DNA of 64,000 nucleotides from a candidate division FCPU426 bacterium (GCA_963840035.1 CAWIXE010000002.1:448001-512000); one strand, 5' to 3'; counted from the first letter of the stretch, positions 1 through 12,151 are shown. A program made the numbers and translations. The notes: a model not told the origin generated them from the letters alone.

Positions 1-1
1 G

Positions 2-1141
2 TATGGAGGTAGGTTCGCGCCGGAGACGCTTATGGCTGTTATTGAAGAACTTGAGCTTCAGTACAGGCGCGCCATGAAGGATAAGAAATTTACTTCCGAA
101 CTTGACTATTACCTGGAAAATTATGTGGGCAGGCCTTCGCCCCTTTACCTGGCATCAAAACTTTCTGAAAAATACGGCGCTAAAATCTACCTTAAAAGGG
201 AAGATTTAAACCATACGGGCGCGCACAAAATAAATAACTGCATGGGGCAGATACTTTTGGCCCGCAGGATGGGCAAGAAGAGGATAATAGCGGAAACAGG
301 CGCGGGCCAGCACGGCGTGGCCACTGCCACGGTTGCCGCGATGTTCGGGCTGGAATGCGAAATATTTATGGGAGAGATAGACGTGGCGCGGCAGGCGCAG
401 AATGTTTTCCGCATGGAACTGCTCGGCGCGAAGGTGAACTCTGTTAAGTCAGGGACAAAGACCTTAAAAGACGCCATGAACGAAGCGACGCGCGACTGGA
501 TAAAAAACGTTGATGATACATTTTATATAATAGGCACTGTTTCAGGATTTCATCCATACCCGGAAATGGTCAGGAATTTTCAGTCAGTTATCGGCCGGGA
601 GGCAAAAAGGCAGATCATGAAGGCGGAAAAAAGGCTTCCTGATTACCTGGTGGCATGCGTGGGCGGCGGCTCGAATGCCATGGGGCTTTTTTACCCGTTC
701 CTGAACGATAAGAAGGTTAAAATGATCGGCGTGGAAGCAGGCGGGCTAGGAACAAATACAAAGAAACACGCGGCGAGATTTGAAGGCGGCAGGATAGGCG
801 TCCTGCACGGCACAAAAACATACATACTTCAGGATAAGAACGGCCAGATAATGGACACCCATTCCATATCAGCCGGCCTTGATTACTCAGGCGTCGGGCC
901 TGAGCACAGCTATTTGCACGACCTGGGACGCGTCACTTACGGTTCCATAAAGGACGACGAAGCAGTGGCTGGATTCATGGAGCTGACCAGGTTAGAAGGC
1001 ATCATGCCGGCGCTTGAGTCATCCCACGCGGTAGCGTACTTAAAAAAGATGAAACTGAAGAAAAGCGACATTGTTATAGTGAACCTCTCGGGACGAGGGG
1101 ATAAGGATATGGGAACTATAAGGGAGTATTTAAAGAAATAG
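2..1141 (+). CDS. trpB: Tryptophan synthase beta subunit (5'-truncated by window edge)
   Basis: Frame open from position 2 ([11 protein letters not shown]...); motifs [41 protein letters not shown]. Confidence 0.98.
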   Translation, partial: YGGRFAPETLMAVIEELELQYRRAMKDKKFTSELDYYLENYVGRPSPLYLASKLSEKYGAKIYLKREDLNHTGAHKINNCMGQILLARRMGKKRIIAETGAGQHGVATATVAAMFGLECEIFMGEIDVARQAQNVFRMELLGAKVNSVKSGTKTLKDAMNEATRDWIKNVDDTFYIIGTVSGFHPYPEMVRNFQSVIGREAKRQIMKAEKRLPDYLVACVGGGSNAMGLFYPFLNDKKVKMIGVEAGGLGTNTKKHAARFEGGRIGVLHGTKTYILQDKNGQIMDTHSISAGLDYSGVGPEHSYLHDLGRVTYGSIKDDEAVAGFMELTRLEGIMPALESSHAVAYLKKMKLKKSDIVIVNLSGRGDKDMGTIREYLKK

Positions 1142-1217
1142 CGATAAGTGTATGATTTTGCATAAATAATGTATTTATAGAAAACTATTTTTTTAAAACC
1201 ATTAAATTGGAGGCAGA

Positions 1218-1736
1218 ATGAAAAAAATAGTTTTTGCCGCATTTATGTTTTGTGTTTTTTGCGGTTGCAGGCTAAGTGAAAATAGGACAATTGAAAAACA
1301 AATGCAGGCAGATTTCAAAGGCTTTAGGGCTGTTTCTTGGATTGAATATAATAAATATTGCGGCGATAGTAAAAAGCCCGGTATTGTTTCTGCGGATTTT
1401 AATGGGGACGGCATCAAGGATTTTGCGATCCTTATAAAGAAAGAAACCGGCCTGGAAGTAGAGAAAATCTATGTGGCATATTTTGGGAATGGGAAAGGAT
1501 TAAATAAACCGGTTGTTTTGGAAAAGTTAAATACAAAAAAGTTCCAAAATGAGGTTCAATTCATAGCCCTTTTAAAGCCCGGAAATTACAAGATAATTGA
1601 AGGCAATGTCAGGAATAGGGTGCCGGTTGAAATTCCATATTACGGCATTCGCGGCGGGACGTGTGAAAGCGCTTCATGGATATGGTACTGGAATAGTAAG
1701 AAAGCAAAATTTATGAAAGTGTGGACGTCGGATTAG
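1218..1736 (+). CDS. Hypothetical lipoprotein with an FG-GAP/VCBS-like motif
   Basis: RBS GGAGG; signal peptide ending VFCGC; ADFNGDGIKDFA motif; visibly AT-rich; lies between trpB and trpA. Confidence 0.75.
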   Translation: MKKIVFAAFMFCVFCGCRLSENRTIEKQMQADFKGFRAVSWIEYNKYCGDSKKPGIVSADFNGDGIKDFAILIKKETGLEVEKIYVAYFGNGKGLNKPVVLEKLNTKKFQNEVQFIALLKPGNYKIIEGNVRNRVPVEIPYYGIRGGTCESASWIWYWNSKKAKFMKVWTSD

Positions 1737-1802
1737 ATTTCGTAGAAAAGGGTTTAAGCGTCTTCCAGCAAGGCGAGAAAAGGTTGGAGTGGTTTGGAAG
1801 TT

Positions 1803-1834
1803 CACATACCACATATCACGCACCACTTAGCACG
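1803..1834. repeat. Heptamer array, family A (right-arm orientation, CACNNRY)
   Basis: cacatac cacatat cacgcac cacttag cacg, just upstream of the trpA RBS. Confidence 0.8.
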
Positions 1835-1850
1835 ATTTTAAAGGAGCACC

Positions 1851-2630
1851 ATGAACCGTATAGACATGCTAGCTCACAGTAAGGGAAAGTCGCTGGTCAT
1901 TTACCTCATGGCCGGGGATCCGGACCTTAAGGCCACGGAAGCTCTTATTTATACCCTGGCAAAGGAAGGGGTTTCGCTTATAGAGATTGGGATTCCGTTT
2001 TCTGACCCTGTAGCTGACGGGCCTTCAATTCAGGCCGCGGGCGAGAGGGCCATCAAAACAGGGACCACCATTAAAAATACCCTTGAAATGATAAAAAGGG
2101 TGAGGAAAACCGTATCCATACCCATGGTTTTCATGACCTATTACAACCTCATATACAGCTACGGCATTAAAAAGTTCGTTGATGACTCATTAAAGGCCGG
2201 TGTTGACGGAGCCATTATACCTGACCTGCCATTTGATGAGGAGGCGGATTTCTATAATTACTCATTAAATAAAGGGTTTTATCTGATTTACCTGGTGTCC
2301 CCGGCAAATACCGCGGAGAGGATGAAAAAAATAGTAGAAAAATCCCGTGGTTTTGTGTATTATATTCTTCTGAAAGGCGTCACGGGCGCGCGCAAGAAGC
2401 AGGTTTCTGACCTTGGGGCGTTAAAAAGCCTTAAGAAAATAACAAAGAAACCGATTTTGGCGGGTTTTGGCATTTCAACGCCCCAACAGGCGGAAAAAGT
2501 ATCGCTCGTTGCGGACGGAGTCATAATAGGAAGCGCGTTTGTTAATTTGGTACAAAAATATGGAAAACACCCTGCACGACTTAAAGTCGAAGCCGGAAAG
2601 TTTGTCAGGGCGTTTAAAAAGAGGTTGTAA
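1851..2630 (+). CDS. trpA: Tryptophan synthase alpha subunit
   Basis: EIGIPFSDPVADGPSIQ, MTYYN, GFGIS, DGVIIGSA motifs; RBS AAGGAG. Confidence 0.97.
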   Translation: MNRIDMLAHSKGKSLVIYLMAGDPDLKATEALIYTLAKEGVSLIEIGIPFSDPVADGPSIQAAGERAIKTGTTIKNTLEMIKRVRKTVSIPMVFMTYYNLIYSYGIKKFVDDSLKAGVDGAIIPDLPFDEEADFYNYSLNKGFYLIYLVSPANTAERMKKIVEKSRGFVYYILLKGVTGARKKQVSDLGALKSLKKITKKPILAGFGISTPQQAEKVSLVADGVIIGSAFVNLVQKYGKHPARLKVEAGKFVRAFKKRL

Positions 2631-4366
2631 TGGCCGTGAAAAAGAAAGCCGTTGGAAAAGGCAAAAAAACTCCAAAGGTTACTGCCAAAAAAGCCGTTGT
2701 TAAACCATATCGCGATGTTTTTAAGGAAGATAAGAATGAACTGATGATGTGCAGAAGGAAAATAGAGCTCCTGGAAAAGGAACTTTCCATATTACGCGAA
2801 GTAAGCGAGATAACAAATAAGGACTTTGATTTAAATAAGATACTTGAAAGGTTTTTAGAGGTGGTGATGGGCGTTATCGGCGCCGAGGCGGCGTCGATAC
2901 TTCTGGCAGACGGCATATCAGACACGCTTGAGTTCACGGTGGCGCTCGGGAAAAAGGGCCCGGAACTTAAAGGCATGAAGCTCCGCATTGGCGAAGGCAT
3001 AGCCGGCTGGGTGGCGCAGTGCGGAAAGGCGCTGATTACGCCTGACGTAAAAAATGACCCGAGGTTTAACCCGGAAATATCGAAAAAGATACATTACGCG
3101 ACGCGCAACATACTCTGCGCCCCGCTGAAGTTTGAAAACGAGGTCCTCGGTGTGGTCGAACTCTTAAACAAGAGCAAGGACGAGGCCTTTAACGACCATG
3201 ACCTGCGCATGCTGCAGTCATTTACGCCTTACATAAGCGTCATCATAAAGAACGCGCAGCTGTTCATTGAAAATAAAAAAAGGATACACAGGCTCGAACA
3301 CCTGATGGAGCTTTCAGGCATAGTCAACTCGGTGCTTGACCTGAACACGCTTTTTGAAAAGGTGCTTGAGACATCCACGGATACCATAAACGCCGAAGCC
3401 GGGTCCATCATGATGGTGGACGAGGAAAAAGGCGATCTTTACTTTACCGCGGCCACCGGTACTAAGGCCGAAAAACTTAAGGATATCAGGGTGCCCATAG
3501 GCGAAGGCATAGCCGGCTGGGTTGCCAGGGAAGCAAAGCCGCTTTTAATCGAAGACGCTCAGAATGATTCCCGTTTTTTCAAGAAAGCGGACCAGACGAC
3601 GGAGTTCAAGACAAAGTCAATAATTGCCGTCCCGCTGAAGACTCGGGACAAACTCATCGGTGTTGTGGAAGTGTTGAACAAGAAAAACAACGAGCCTTTT
3701 AACCACGAGGATGTCATCATGCTTGAGGCACTTTCAAATCAGGCCGCGATTGCCATTGAAAACGGTAAATTATATTCCAATTTAAAGGACTTATTCATAA
3801 ATACAGTGCGCTCGCTGGCCGCAACCATAGAAACTAAGGATATGTACACGCGCGGCCACTCGGAGCGCGTGACCATGTTCTCCGAAATGATAGCGGACGA
3901 GCTGGGCTTCTCCGCGGAAGAGATAGAGAAGCTCAACCTGGCAGGACTTTTGCATGACATAGGCAAGATAGGCATAGACGAGTCAATACTCCGCAAACCG
4001 TCGAAACTGACCGATGAGGAGTTTAACGAGATAAGGAAGCACCCGGAATACGCGGCGAACATACTTGATTCCATACCGCAGTTAAAGCACATAATTCCGG
4101 CTGTAAAGCACCATCACGAAAGGTATGACGGGAACGGGTATCCGGACAAGTTAAAAGGCGATGATATACCGTATTTCGCGAGGATACTCGCCATAGCGGA
4201 TACTTTTGACGCCATGAATTCGAGCAGGCCGTACAGGAAGGCCCTGGAATTTGACGTGTGTTTAAACGAAGTTATCAGGTGCGCCGGCACGCAGTTTGAC
4301 CCTGCGATAGTCGCCGCGGCTGTAAAAGCTTTTAATAAATGGCATAATCTGTTCGACCAAAAATAA
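2630..4366 (+). CDS. GAF-GAF-HD-GYP cyclic-dinucleotide phosphodiesterase
   Basis: Two GAF repeats (GEGIAGWVA...DxRF); HDIGK and HHERYDGNGYP motifs; Lys-rich N-terminal tail. Confidence 0.92.
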   Translation: MAVKKKAVGKGKKTPKVTAKKAVVKPYRDVFKEDKNELMMCRRKIELLEKELSILREVSEITNKDFDLNKILERFLEVVMGVIGAEAASILLADGISDTLEFTVALGKKGPELKGMKLRIGEGIAGWVAQCGKALITPDVKNDPRFNPEISKKIHYATRNILCAPLKFENEVLGVVELLNKSKDEAFNDHDLRMLQSFTPYISVIIKNAQLFIENKKRIHRLEHLMELSGIVNSVLDLNTLFEKVLETSTDTINAEAGSIMMVDEEKGDLYFTAATGTKAEKLKDIRVPIGEGIAGWVAREAKPLLIEDAQNDSRFFKKADQTTEFKTKSIIAVPLKTRDKLIGVVEVLNKKNNEPFNHEDVIMLEALSNQAAIAIENGKLYSNLKDLFINTVRSLAATIETKDMYTRGHSERVTMFSEMIADELGFSAEEIEKLNLAGLLHDIGKIGIDESILRKPSKLTDEEFNEIRKHPEYAANILDSIPQLKHIIPAVKHHHERYDGNGYPDKLKGDDIPYFARILAIADTFDAMNSSRPYRKALEFDVCLNEVIRCAGTQFDPAIVAAAVKAFNKWHNLFDQK

Positions 4367-4383
4367 AAGGAGAACTAAAAACG

Positions 4384-5256
4384 ATGGCATGGTTCCATAG
4401 ACCGAAATACACGATTATAAAAAAGACGGCGGATAAGGCCGAGTCAGCTAAGATACCCGAGGGAATGTGGGTCAAGTGCGAGAAGTGCGACGCCATACTC
4501 CTTAAAAAAGAGCTTGATGATAACATGAGCGTATGCCCGAAGTGCAATTTCCACGGCAGGATAACGGCAAGGAAAAGGATAGAACTTACGGCTGACGCCG
4601 GTACTTTTGAACCCATGTTTGAAAATGTAAGGTCAGTGGATTTTTTAAAATTCCCGCAGTACATGGAAAAGCTCGCCGGTTCCGAGAAGAAAACAGGCAT
4701 ATCTGAGTCGGTCTTAACGGGCAAGGCGGCCATTAACGGCATGCCGGTCGCGCTCGCTGTGACAGACTTCTTTTTTATGGGCGGATCGCTCGGCTCGGTA
4801 ATGGGCGAGAGGATGACAGCCTTAATAGAAGTGGCAATAAAGGAGAATCTTCCGGTGATTGTTATTTCAGCCTCAGGCGGAGGCGCCAGGATGCACGAAG
4901 GCATCATGTCGCTGATGCAGATGGCAAAGATATCCGCGGGGCTCGCAAAGCTCGCTGACAAAGACCTTCCATATATCTCGGTTTTAACAGACCCGACAGG
5001 CGGAGGCGTTACTGCCTCATTTGCCATGCTCGGCGACCTGAATATTGCCGAACCTGAGGCGTTAATCATGTTCGCCGGCCCCAGGGTAATAGAAGGCACC
5101 ATCAAGCAGAAACTGCCCGCAGGATTCCAGCGGTCGGAATTCCTGCAGGAACACGGCATGATAGACATGATAGTAAACAGGAAGGCGCTCAAAGACACGC
5201 TCTTTGACGTGCTGAGTAATATGAAAAACCCCAAGAACTATGCCGGGAAGAAATAG
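4384..5256 (+). CDS. accD: Acetyl-CoA carboxylase carboxyltransferase beta subunit
   Basis: Zn finger CEKC...CPKC; GGSLG, GGARMHEG, PTGGGVTASFA, FQRSEFL. Confidence 0.96.
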   Translation: MAWFHRPKYTIIKKTADKAESAKIPEGMWVKCEKCDAILLKKELDDNMSVCPKCNFHGRITARKRIELTADAGTFEPMFENVRSVDFLKFPQYMEKLAGSEKKTGISESVLTGKAAINGMPVALAVTDFFFMGGSLGSVMGERMTALIEVAIKENLPVIVISASGGGARMHEGIMSLMQMAKISAGLAKLADKDLPYISVLTDPTGGGVTASFAMLGDLNIAEPEALIMFAGPRVIEGTIKQKLPAGFQRSEFLQEHGMIDMIVNRKALKDTLFDVLSNMKNPKNYAGKK

Positions 5257-5302
5257 AAGGCTGACGAGTTTAAATTTTGAAATAATTGTTTAGGGGTTAA
5301 AT

Positions 5303-7951
5303 GTGAATTTGTTTTCTTTGAATCCATATAAAAAACTGTTATTTTCATTGATGCTGTGCTTTGCTTTTTTTATATTTTCTCCGCCGGGATTACGCGCAGA
5401 AGCAGAAAACGCGCAACAACTCCTTAAAATTGTCGAAAAAGCAAAAGACATTCCCGCAAAAATTAAATTGCTTAAAACCGGATATGAAAAGTTTGATGAC
5501 TGTGATTTAATCCGCAAAATGGAAAATATCAGTTTTGAGGCAATTAAACCCGGAAATGATCAAAAATCCCTTGATGCCGCTATAGAAACCCTGGCTTATA
5601 TTCTAATCGAAAAACCTAACTGCAGCATGGAAATTTATGCGTCTGAAGTCAAATCAAGACTTGAAGAAAGATACATCGCTATGCTGCGTGATGCTGAAAA
5701 AATAGCGGATGAAAATCAGCGATTCTCGGAATACAAGCGCTTATTTGAAATTAATATACCAAGTAATGGGCCTGCAAATTGGTCTGAAGGGTATGTTTAT
5801 GTTGATTCAGGGACCGGGGTAAGGGACGAGTACATATTTAAAAGGGTTAAAGAACTGCTTTCCTTAAAAGCTGCAGTAAAGGATGATGATGCCAGGTATA
5901 ATACAGCGAAGAATGTGCTAATTCTTTTAAGCGGATTTCAGTTCCCGGGCATGCCGGAGGATGACAGGTACCAGCAGTTTCTTTTTGATAATCTATTAGT
6001 TTATATAACTATGTATCCCCAACAAACCGGAAAAAATGACATAAATTCGGCGCTACAGGCAATTAGTTTTTATCTTCCGGATGGGGCTGTAAAATATAAC
6101 CCGGAAGTATTAAATGTTTCCGGCAAGGGCAAGGCGCTGCTTTTTAGAATGTATAAAAAATATGATCAATACTCAAAGAATTTGGTAATTGGTGAAATAT
6201 ACGGAAAATTACAGGCATATCAGTTCCAGGATGGTGCAACACTTGATCTTGTATGCAAATTTTCTGTTGCCGGGACCGACCGGGAAGTTAACCTGTATAA
6301 CTGTGGTACAGGCGTGTATTATACAAGTTCGGTGGTTTTGGGGGAAAAAGGTGGAAACTTTTATTCGTATCCTCCAGATTTAGGACGTGCAACAAATAAC
6401 GCTGCGGTTTGTGCTGCGGGATTGAAGGATGTAGACAGCGACGGAAACAGTGAGCTTGTATATGGTTGTCATGTCAGTCTGGCGGAATGCTGCCCATTGA
6501 CATGGCCCTTTATATTTACGTGGAATGGTTCTGAACTTAAGGATGTCGCGTTGGAAAAATCAGCGTATTTTGTGAAATTATATAAGGATGTAAAGGATTA
6601 TTACGACAGGCGCGTTGTAGACAGGATATTACAGCTCAGAGGAGGCGTTTACAATGAACTGTATGAAAAGTACATAAAGCCTGTAGCTGCCCTGGAAAAC
6701 GATGAGTCTGTTATCGACTTTACCAAAGGCGCCAGTGTGCTTGAATTCCTTCACCTAAATTTTTATACAAATTACAAAACCTGCCTCAGGGTCATTGAGA
6801 AATATCTGGATGCAAATGATGCTCCTGACGATGCTGATAGGGTCGTAAGGTTCTTATGGGATTATAATGACGGCCCTGTGCTGAAAAATTATCGCAATTA
6901 CTATTACCTGCTGACAGAAAAACAACGGGTAATAGATATTATTAATAAAGGATGTGAGAAATTCGAAAAAAAAGGCAAAGATAAAACTTTTCTTGAGGAT
7001 GCTTATTATATTATGGCGGCGCTTTATTATGAGCTGGGTGACTGTAAAAATGCGGCAAAGTTATACAAGGACTACATCCACGTGCGGACTGATCCTAAAA
7101 GGAACGGGGCAATCAAGAGGTTGGATATGTCAAAAACCGGCTTTTGTACTGGGGATCAAAAACCGATCAAGACTGTATTTCTGACGGAAGCGCCCGAACT
7201 TCCAATACTAAGTAGAATTGATATATTTGGTGAAAACGATTTTATGATTGTAAAAACATGCAAGGACATTGCTGTATGCCTGCAGTCAAATTCTCTGACT
7301 GCAAGGTCTATTGATAATGGTTCAATTAAGTGGAGTTATCCTGATGCGGTTTACGAATACGGGATATATGACGGGCTGGTCGCGGTTAAAGGCATTTACG
7401 CGGGGAGAGATGGCGGCGACGGTGTGACAAAAAACAGATTCTTTAAGCTGCTTAAATGCGACGATGGAAGCCTTATTTGGGGCAATGATTATAATGATAA
7501 AGATGAGAAAGCTAAAAGGGTAAATAATGAACAATTAATAATGCATGCCGAAACCGGTTGGGATAGTTTTGATAATCTGGGTCTCGGATTTAATATGACT
7601 AAGAACAAGCAGACCCTTGCAGATAAAGACAATAAATTATACTCGCTTGGAGAAGACAGAAAGGCCATCTATTGTAAAAATGGCAACGGGATAATATACT
7701 GGAAAGCAATCGTTAATACTAATGCCCCGTTTGATAAGTTATACAGGCTCGATAAATACAGGGTGTTTGCAGTTTCTGATGATAATAAAGTCTATGTAAT
7801 TGAAAAGGCAACAGGAAACCTCCTTTATTATGTCAATGGCGCGACTGATTTAACGCTGGTTGACGGCATATTAACCGCCACAAACAGCGATCCCATGATG
7901 GCTGATTACTCCATTAAATTCATGAAAGATCCGGGCATAAATGGTCAATAA
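5303..7951 (+). CDS. Large secreted hypothetical protein (TPR-like segment, C-terminal PQQ-like beta-propeller repeats)
   Basis: 882-aa ORF with signal peptide; DVDSDGNSEL motif; AYYIMAALYYELGD TPR-like segment; repeated DxGxxxW motifs. Confidence 0.7.
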   Translation: MNLFSLNPYKKLLFSLMLCFAFFIFSPPGLRAEAENAQQLLKIVEKAKDIPAKIKLLKTGYEKFDDCDLIRKMENISFEAIKPGNDQKSLDAAIETLAYILIEKPNCSMEIYASEVKSRLEERYIAMLRDAEKIADENQRFSEYKRLFEINIPSNGPANWSEGYVYVDSGTGVRDEYIFKRVKELLSLKAAVKDDDARYNTAKNVLILLSGFQFPGMPEDDRYQQFLFDNLLVYITMYPQQTGKNDINSALQAISFYLPDGAVKYNPEVLNVSGKGKALLFRMYKKYDQYSKNLVIGEIYGKLQAYQFQDGATLDLVCKFSVAGTDREVNLYNCGTGVYYTSSVVLGEKGGNFYSYPPDLGRATNNAAVCAAGLKDVDSDGNSELVYGCHVSLAECCPLTWPFIFTWNGSELKDVALEKSAYFVKLYKDVKDYYDRRVVDRILQLRGGVYNELYEKYIKPVAALENDESVIDFTKGASVLEFLHLNFYTNYKTCLRVIEKYLDANDAPDDADRVVRFLWDYNDGPVLKNYRNYYYLLTEKQRVIDIINKGCEKFEKKGKDKTFLEDAYYIMAALYYELGDCKNAAKLYKDYIHVRTDPKRNGAIKRLDMSKTGFCTGDQKPIKTVFLTEAPELPILSRIDIFGENDFMIVKTCKDIAVCLQSNSLTARSIDNGSIKWSYPDAVYEYGIYDGLVAVKGIYAGRDGGDGVTKNRFFKLLKCDDGSLIWGNDYNDKDEKAKRVNNEQLIMHAETGWDSFDNLGLGFNMTKNKQTLADKDNKLYSLGEDRKAIYCKNGNGIIYWKAIVNTNAPFDKLYRLDKYRVFAVSDDNKVYVIEKATGNLLYYVNGATDLTLVDGILTATNSDPMMADYSIKFMKDPGINGQ

Positions 7952-9239
7952 CATATATCAAAAAATTGACACCTTAAACGAGTTTAAGTTCGATTTTTCG
8001 CTCTCGCGCGTAAAGAAGGCCCTCAAGGCCTGCGGCAACCCGCAGGATTCATTCGCGGTCATTCACGTGGCTGGGTCGAACGGCAAGGGTTCTGTCACCG
8101 CTTATCTGGCCAACATTCTTACTGCCCATGGTTTTAAAACCGGCATGTATACATCACCGCATTTAAAAGATATTAAAGAACGTATTGTCATAGACGGTAA
8201 GAAAGTGAAAGAAAATGTTTTCCTCCCGGAAACTTCCAAACTTTTTAGCCTCCTAAAAAAAAGTAAAATATGGCTGACTTATTTTGAATTTATGACAGTG
8301 CTTGCTTTTAATATTTTCAGGAGGGAGAAGGCCTGTGCCGCGGTGATTGAAGCGGGATTGGGAGGGCGGTTTGACGCCACAAATGTTGATTACAAACAAA
8401 AACTCCTCAGCATAATCACATCCATATCCCTGGAGCATACCGACATCCTCGGCAAAACAGAACTGGCAATACTTAAGGAAAAAGAGGAGATAATAGGCAA
8501 AGGCGACGCTGTGGTGAACATATGCCGCAGGGAATTGAAAGATCATGTCAGGGCAAGGTTCGGGGACAAGGCTGAATTTGCGGAGGAGTCAGCGCCCGTG
8601 CTCGGTGTCAAAGTCACTAAAACAGGCCTTGAGGCTGAATTCAAAACAGGGATATTTAAAACGCCCATGATCGAGGTTGTTCAGGCGGAAAATATTTCAA
8701 CTGTTTTAACAGCGTTAAAAGTAATTGAAAAAAGTGCCGCGTTCGGACAGCGCGGGAGCGCTGTCCCTACAACAGTCCCGAAACATGGGGGTTTCAAAGA
8801 AGGATTTGTATTTGATTACGCGAAGGTTAGAAAGGCCATTGCAAAGACTTCACTGCCCGGCAGGATGTCATGGAATAAGAAGGGTTATTATTTGAGCGTG
8901 GCCCACAATCCCGCGGCATTTTACCAGGCGCTAAAAGCGCTGAATACCATTTATAAGGGCAGGAAAATAACAATAGTCTTTTCAGTCCTTAAGGATAAGG
9001 ATGTTGACGCGCTCTTTAAGGTCGCGACAGCCTTTAAAAACGTGCAATTTGTCCTGACAGCGATCAACAACCCGAGGGCAATTAGTGTTGGAAAATTAAA
9101 AGAAACTGTAGTAAAATATGGTATAAAACATTGGGTGGAAGAAGAGAACAAAGCAGCGCTGAAACTGGCGAGAAAGCATGGCCGGGGCGGTGTGGTGGTG
9201 GTTGGAGGGAGTTTTTATTTGGTGAATAAGTTCATTTAA
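7941..9239 (+). CDS. folC: Folylpolyglutamate synthase/dihydrofolate synthase
   Basis: HVAGSNGKGS, YTSPHL, EAGLGGRFDATN, AHNP, GSFYLV. Confidence 0.93.
   Translation: MVNNIYQKIDTLNEFKFDFSLSRVKKALKACGNPQDSFAVIHVAGSNGKGSVTAYLANILTAHGFKTGMYTSPHLKDIKERIVIDGKKVKENVFLPETSKLFSLLKKSKIWLTYFEFMTVLAFNIFRREKACAAVIEAGLGGRFDATNVDYKQKLLSIITSISLEHTDILGKTELAILKEKEEIIGKGDAVVNICRRELKDHVRARFGDKAEFAEESAPVLGVKVTKTGLEAEFKTGIFKTPMIEVVQAENISTVLTALKVIEKSAAFGQRGSAVPTTVPKHGGFKEGFVFDYAKVRKAIAKTSLPGRMSWNKKGYYLSVAHNPAAFYQALKALNTIYKGRKITIVFSVLKDKDVDALFKVATAFKNVQFVLTAINNPRAISVGKLKETVVKYGIKHWVEEENKAALKLARKHGRGGVVVVGGSFYLVNKFI
8745..8772 (-). repeat. GTAG-type REP element inside the folC coding sequence
   Basis: Minus strand reads TTGTAG-GGACAGCGC-TCCC-GCGCTGTCC (perfect 9-bp stem). 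Confidence 0.75.
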
Positions 9240-9322
9240 GTGGTAAGTGATATGTGGTAAGTGGTATGAGGAAAACGGAATTGATTTTCTCACATACCAC
9301 GCACCACATACCACGTACCACA
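9240..9322. repeat. Heptamer inverted array, family A
   Basis: Left arm gtggtaa gtgatat gtggtaa gtggtat starts at the folC stop; right arm cacatac cacgcac cacatac cacgtac caca lies before the cysE RBS. Confidence 0.9.
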
Positions 9323-9340
9323 TTTTTTACTGGAGGAAAC

Positions 9341-9976
9341 ATGTCCATCATCGATGATATTAAAGTTGTCTTCGACCGCGACCCCGCGGCTAAGAACATA
9401 TTTGAGGTAATCTTTATGTATCCGGGGCTGCACGCAATCATTAACCACAGGATAGCGCACTTTCTGTGGAACCTGAAGATCCCCATACTTCCCAGGATGA
9501 TATCCGCGTTTAACAGGTTCTTAACCGGCATTGACATACACCCGGGAGCGCAGATAGGAAAGAGATTCTTCATAGACCACGGCATGGGCGTTGTCATAGG
9601 CGAAACCACCATAATAGGAGACAATGTGCTTTTATACCAGGGTGTTACGCTTGGCGGCACAGGAAAAGAAAAAGGCAAACGCCACCCCACACTGGGCAAT
9701 GACATCGTTGTCGGTTCAGGCGCGAAGATACTCGGGAATATTACCATAGGCAATAACGTGAAAGTCGGCGCGGGTTCGGTTGTTATTAAGAACGTGCCTG
9801 ATAATTGCACGGCAGTAGGCGTGCCCGCCCGCATAGTAAGGCAGGGCGAGAATCATCCTGAGGACTCACTGCAGCACGGAATGCTGCCTGACATAGAGGC
9901 CATAGAGGTACAGAAGTTGTGCAAGAAGGTCGGGGAACTGGAAAAACTGCTTAAGAAGGCAAAGAAGAGGAAGTAG
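9341..9976 (+). CDS. cysE: Serine O-acetyltransferase
   Basis: RBS GGAGG at 9332; [29 protein letters not shown]; the ORF-track start at 9254 runs through a repeat. Confidence 0.96.
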   Translation: MSIIDDIKVVFDRDPAAKNIFEVIFMYPGLHAIINHRIAHFLWNLKIPILPRMISAFNRFLTGIDIHPGAQIGKRFFIDHGMGVVIGETTIIGDNVLLYQGVTLGGTGKEKGKRHPTLGNDIVVGSGAKILGNITIGNNVKVGAGSVVIKNVPDNCTAVGVPARIVRQGENHPEDSLQHGMLPDIEAIEVQKLCKKVGELEKLLKKAKKRK

Positions 9977-9981
9977 AAACA

Positions 9982-10092
9982 GTTCGAAGGGTGGAGTTCG
10001 GGGTTCGGAGTTCGGTCCAGTTGGTTTGTTTTATCCGTTTCATCTGAGACGGGCCATCTGAGACGCCGCACCTGAGACGGTTCATCTGAGTC
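9982..10092 (+). repeat. Orphan family-B heptamer arm followed by four 14-bp-period direct repeats
   Basis: gttcgaa gggtgga gttcggg gttcgga gttcggt (9982-10016); catctgagacgggc catctgagacgccg cacctgagacggtt catctgagtc (10041-10092). Confidence 0.8.
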
Positions 10093-10099
10093 AAAATAA

Positions 10100-12115
<2,016 letters not shown>

Positions 12116-12123
12116 AACGTTCC

Positions 12124-12151
12124 TTGTAGGGGCCGCCCTATGTGGCGGCCC
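12124..12151 (+). repeat. Single GTAG-type REP
   Basis: TTGTAG-GGGCCGCC-ctatgt-GGCGGCCC after the ligA stop. Confidence 0.8.
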
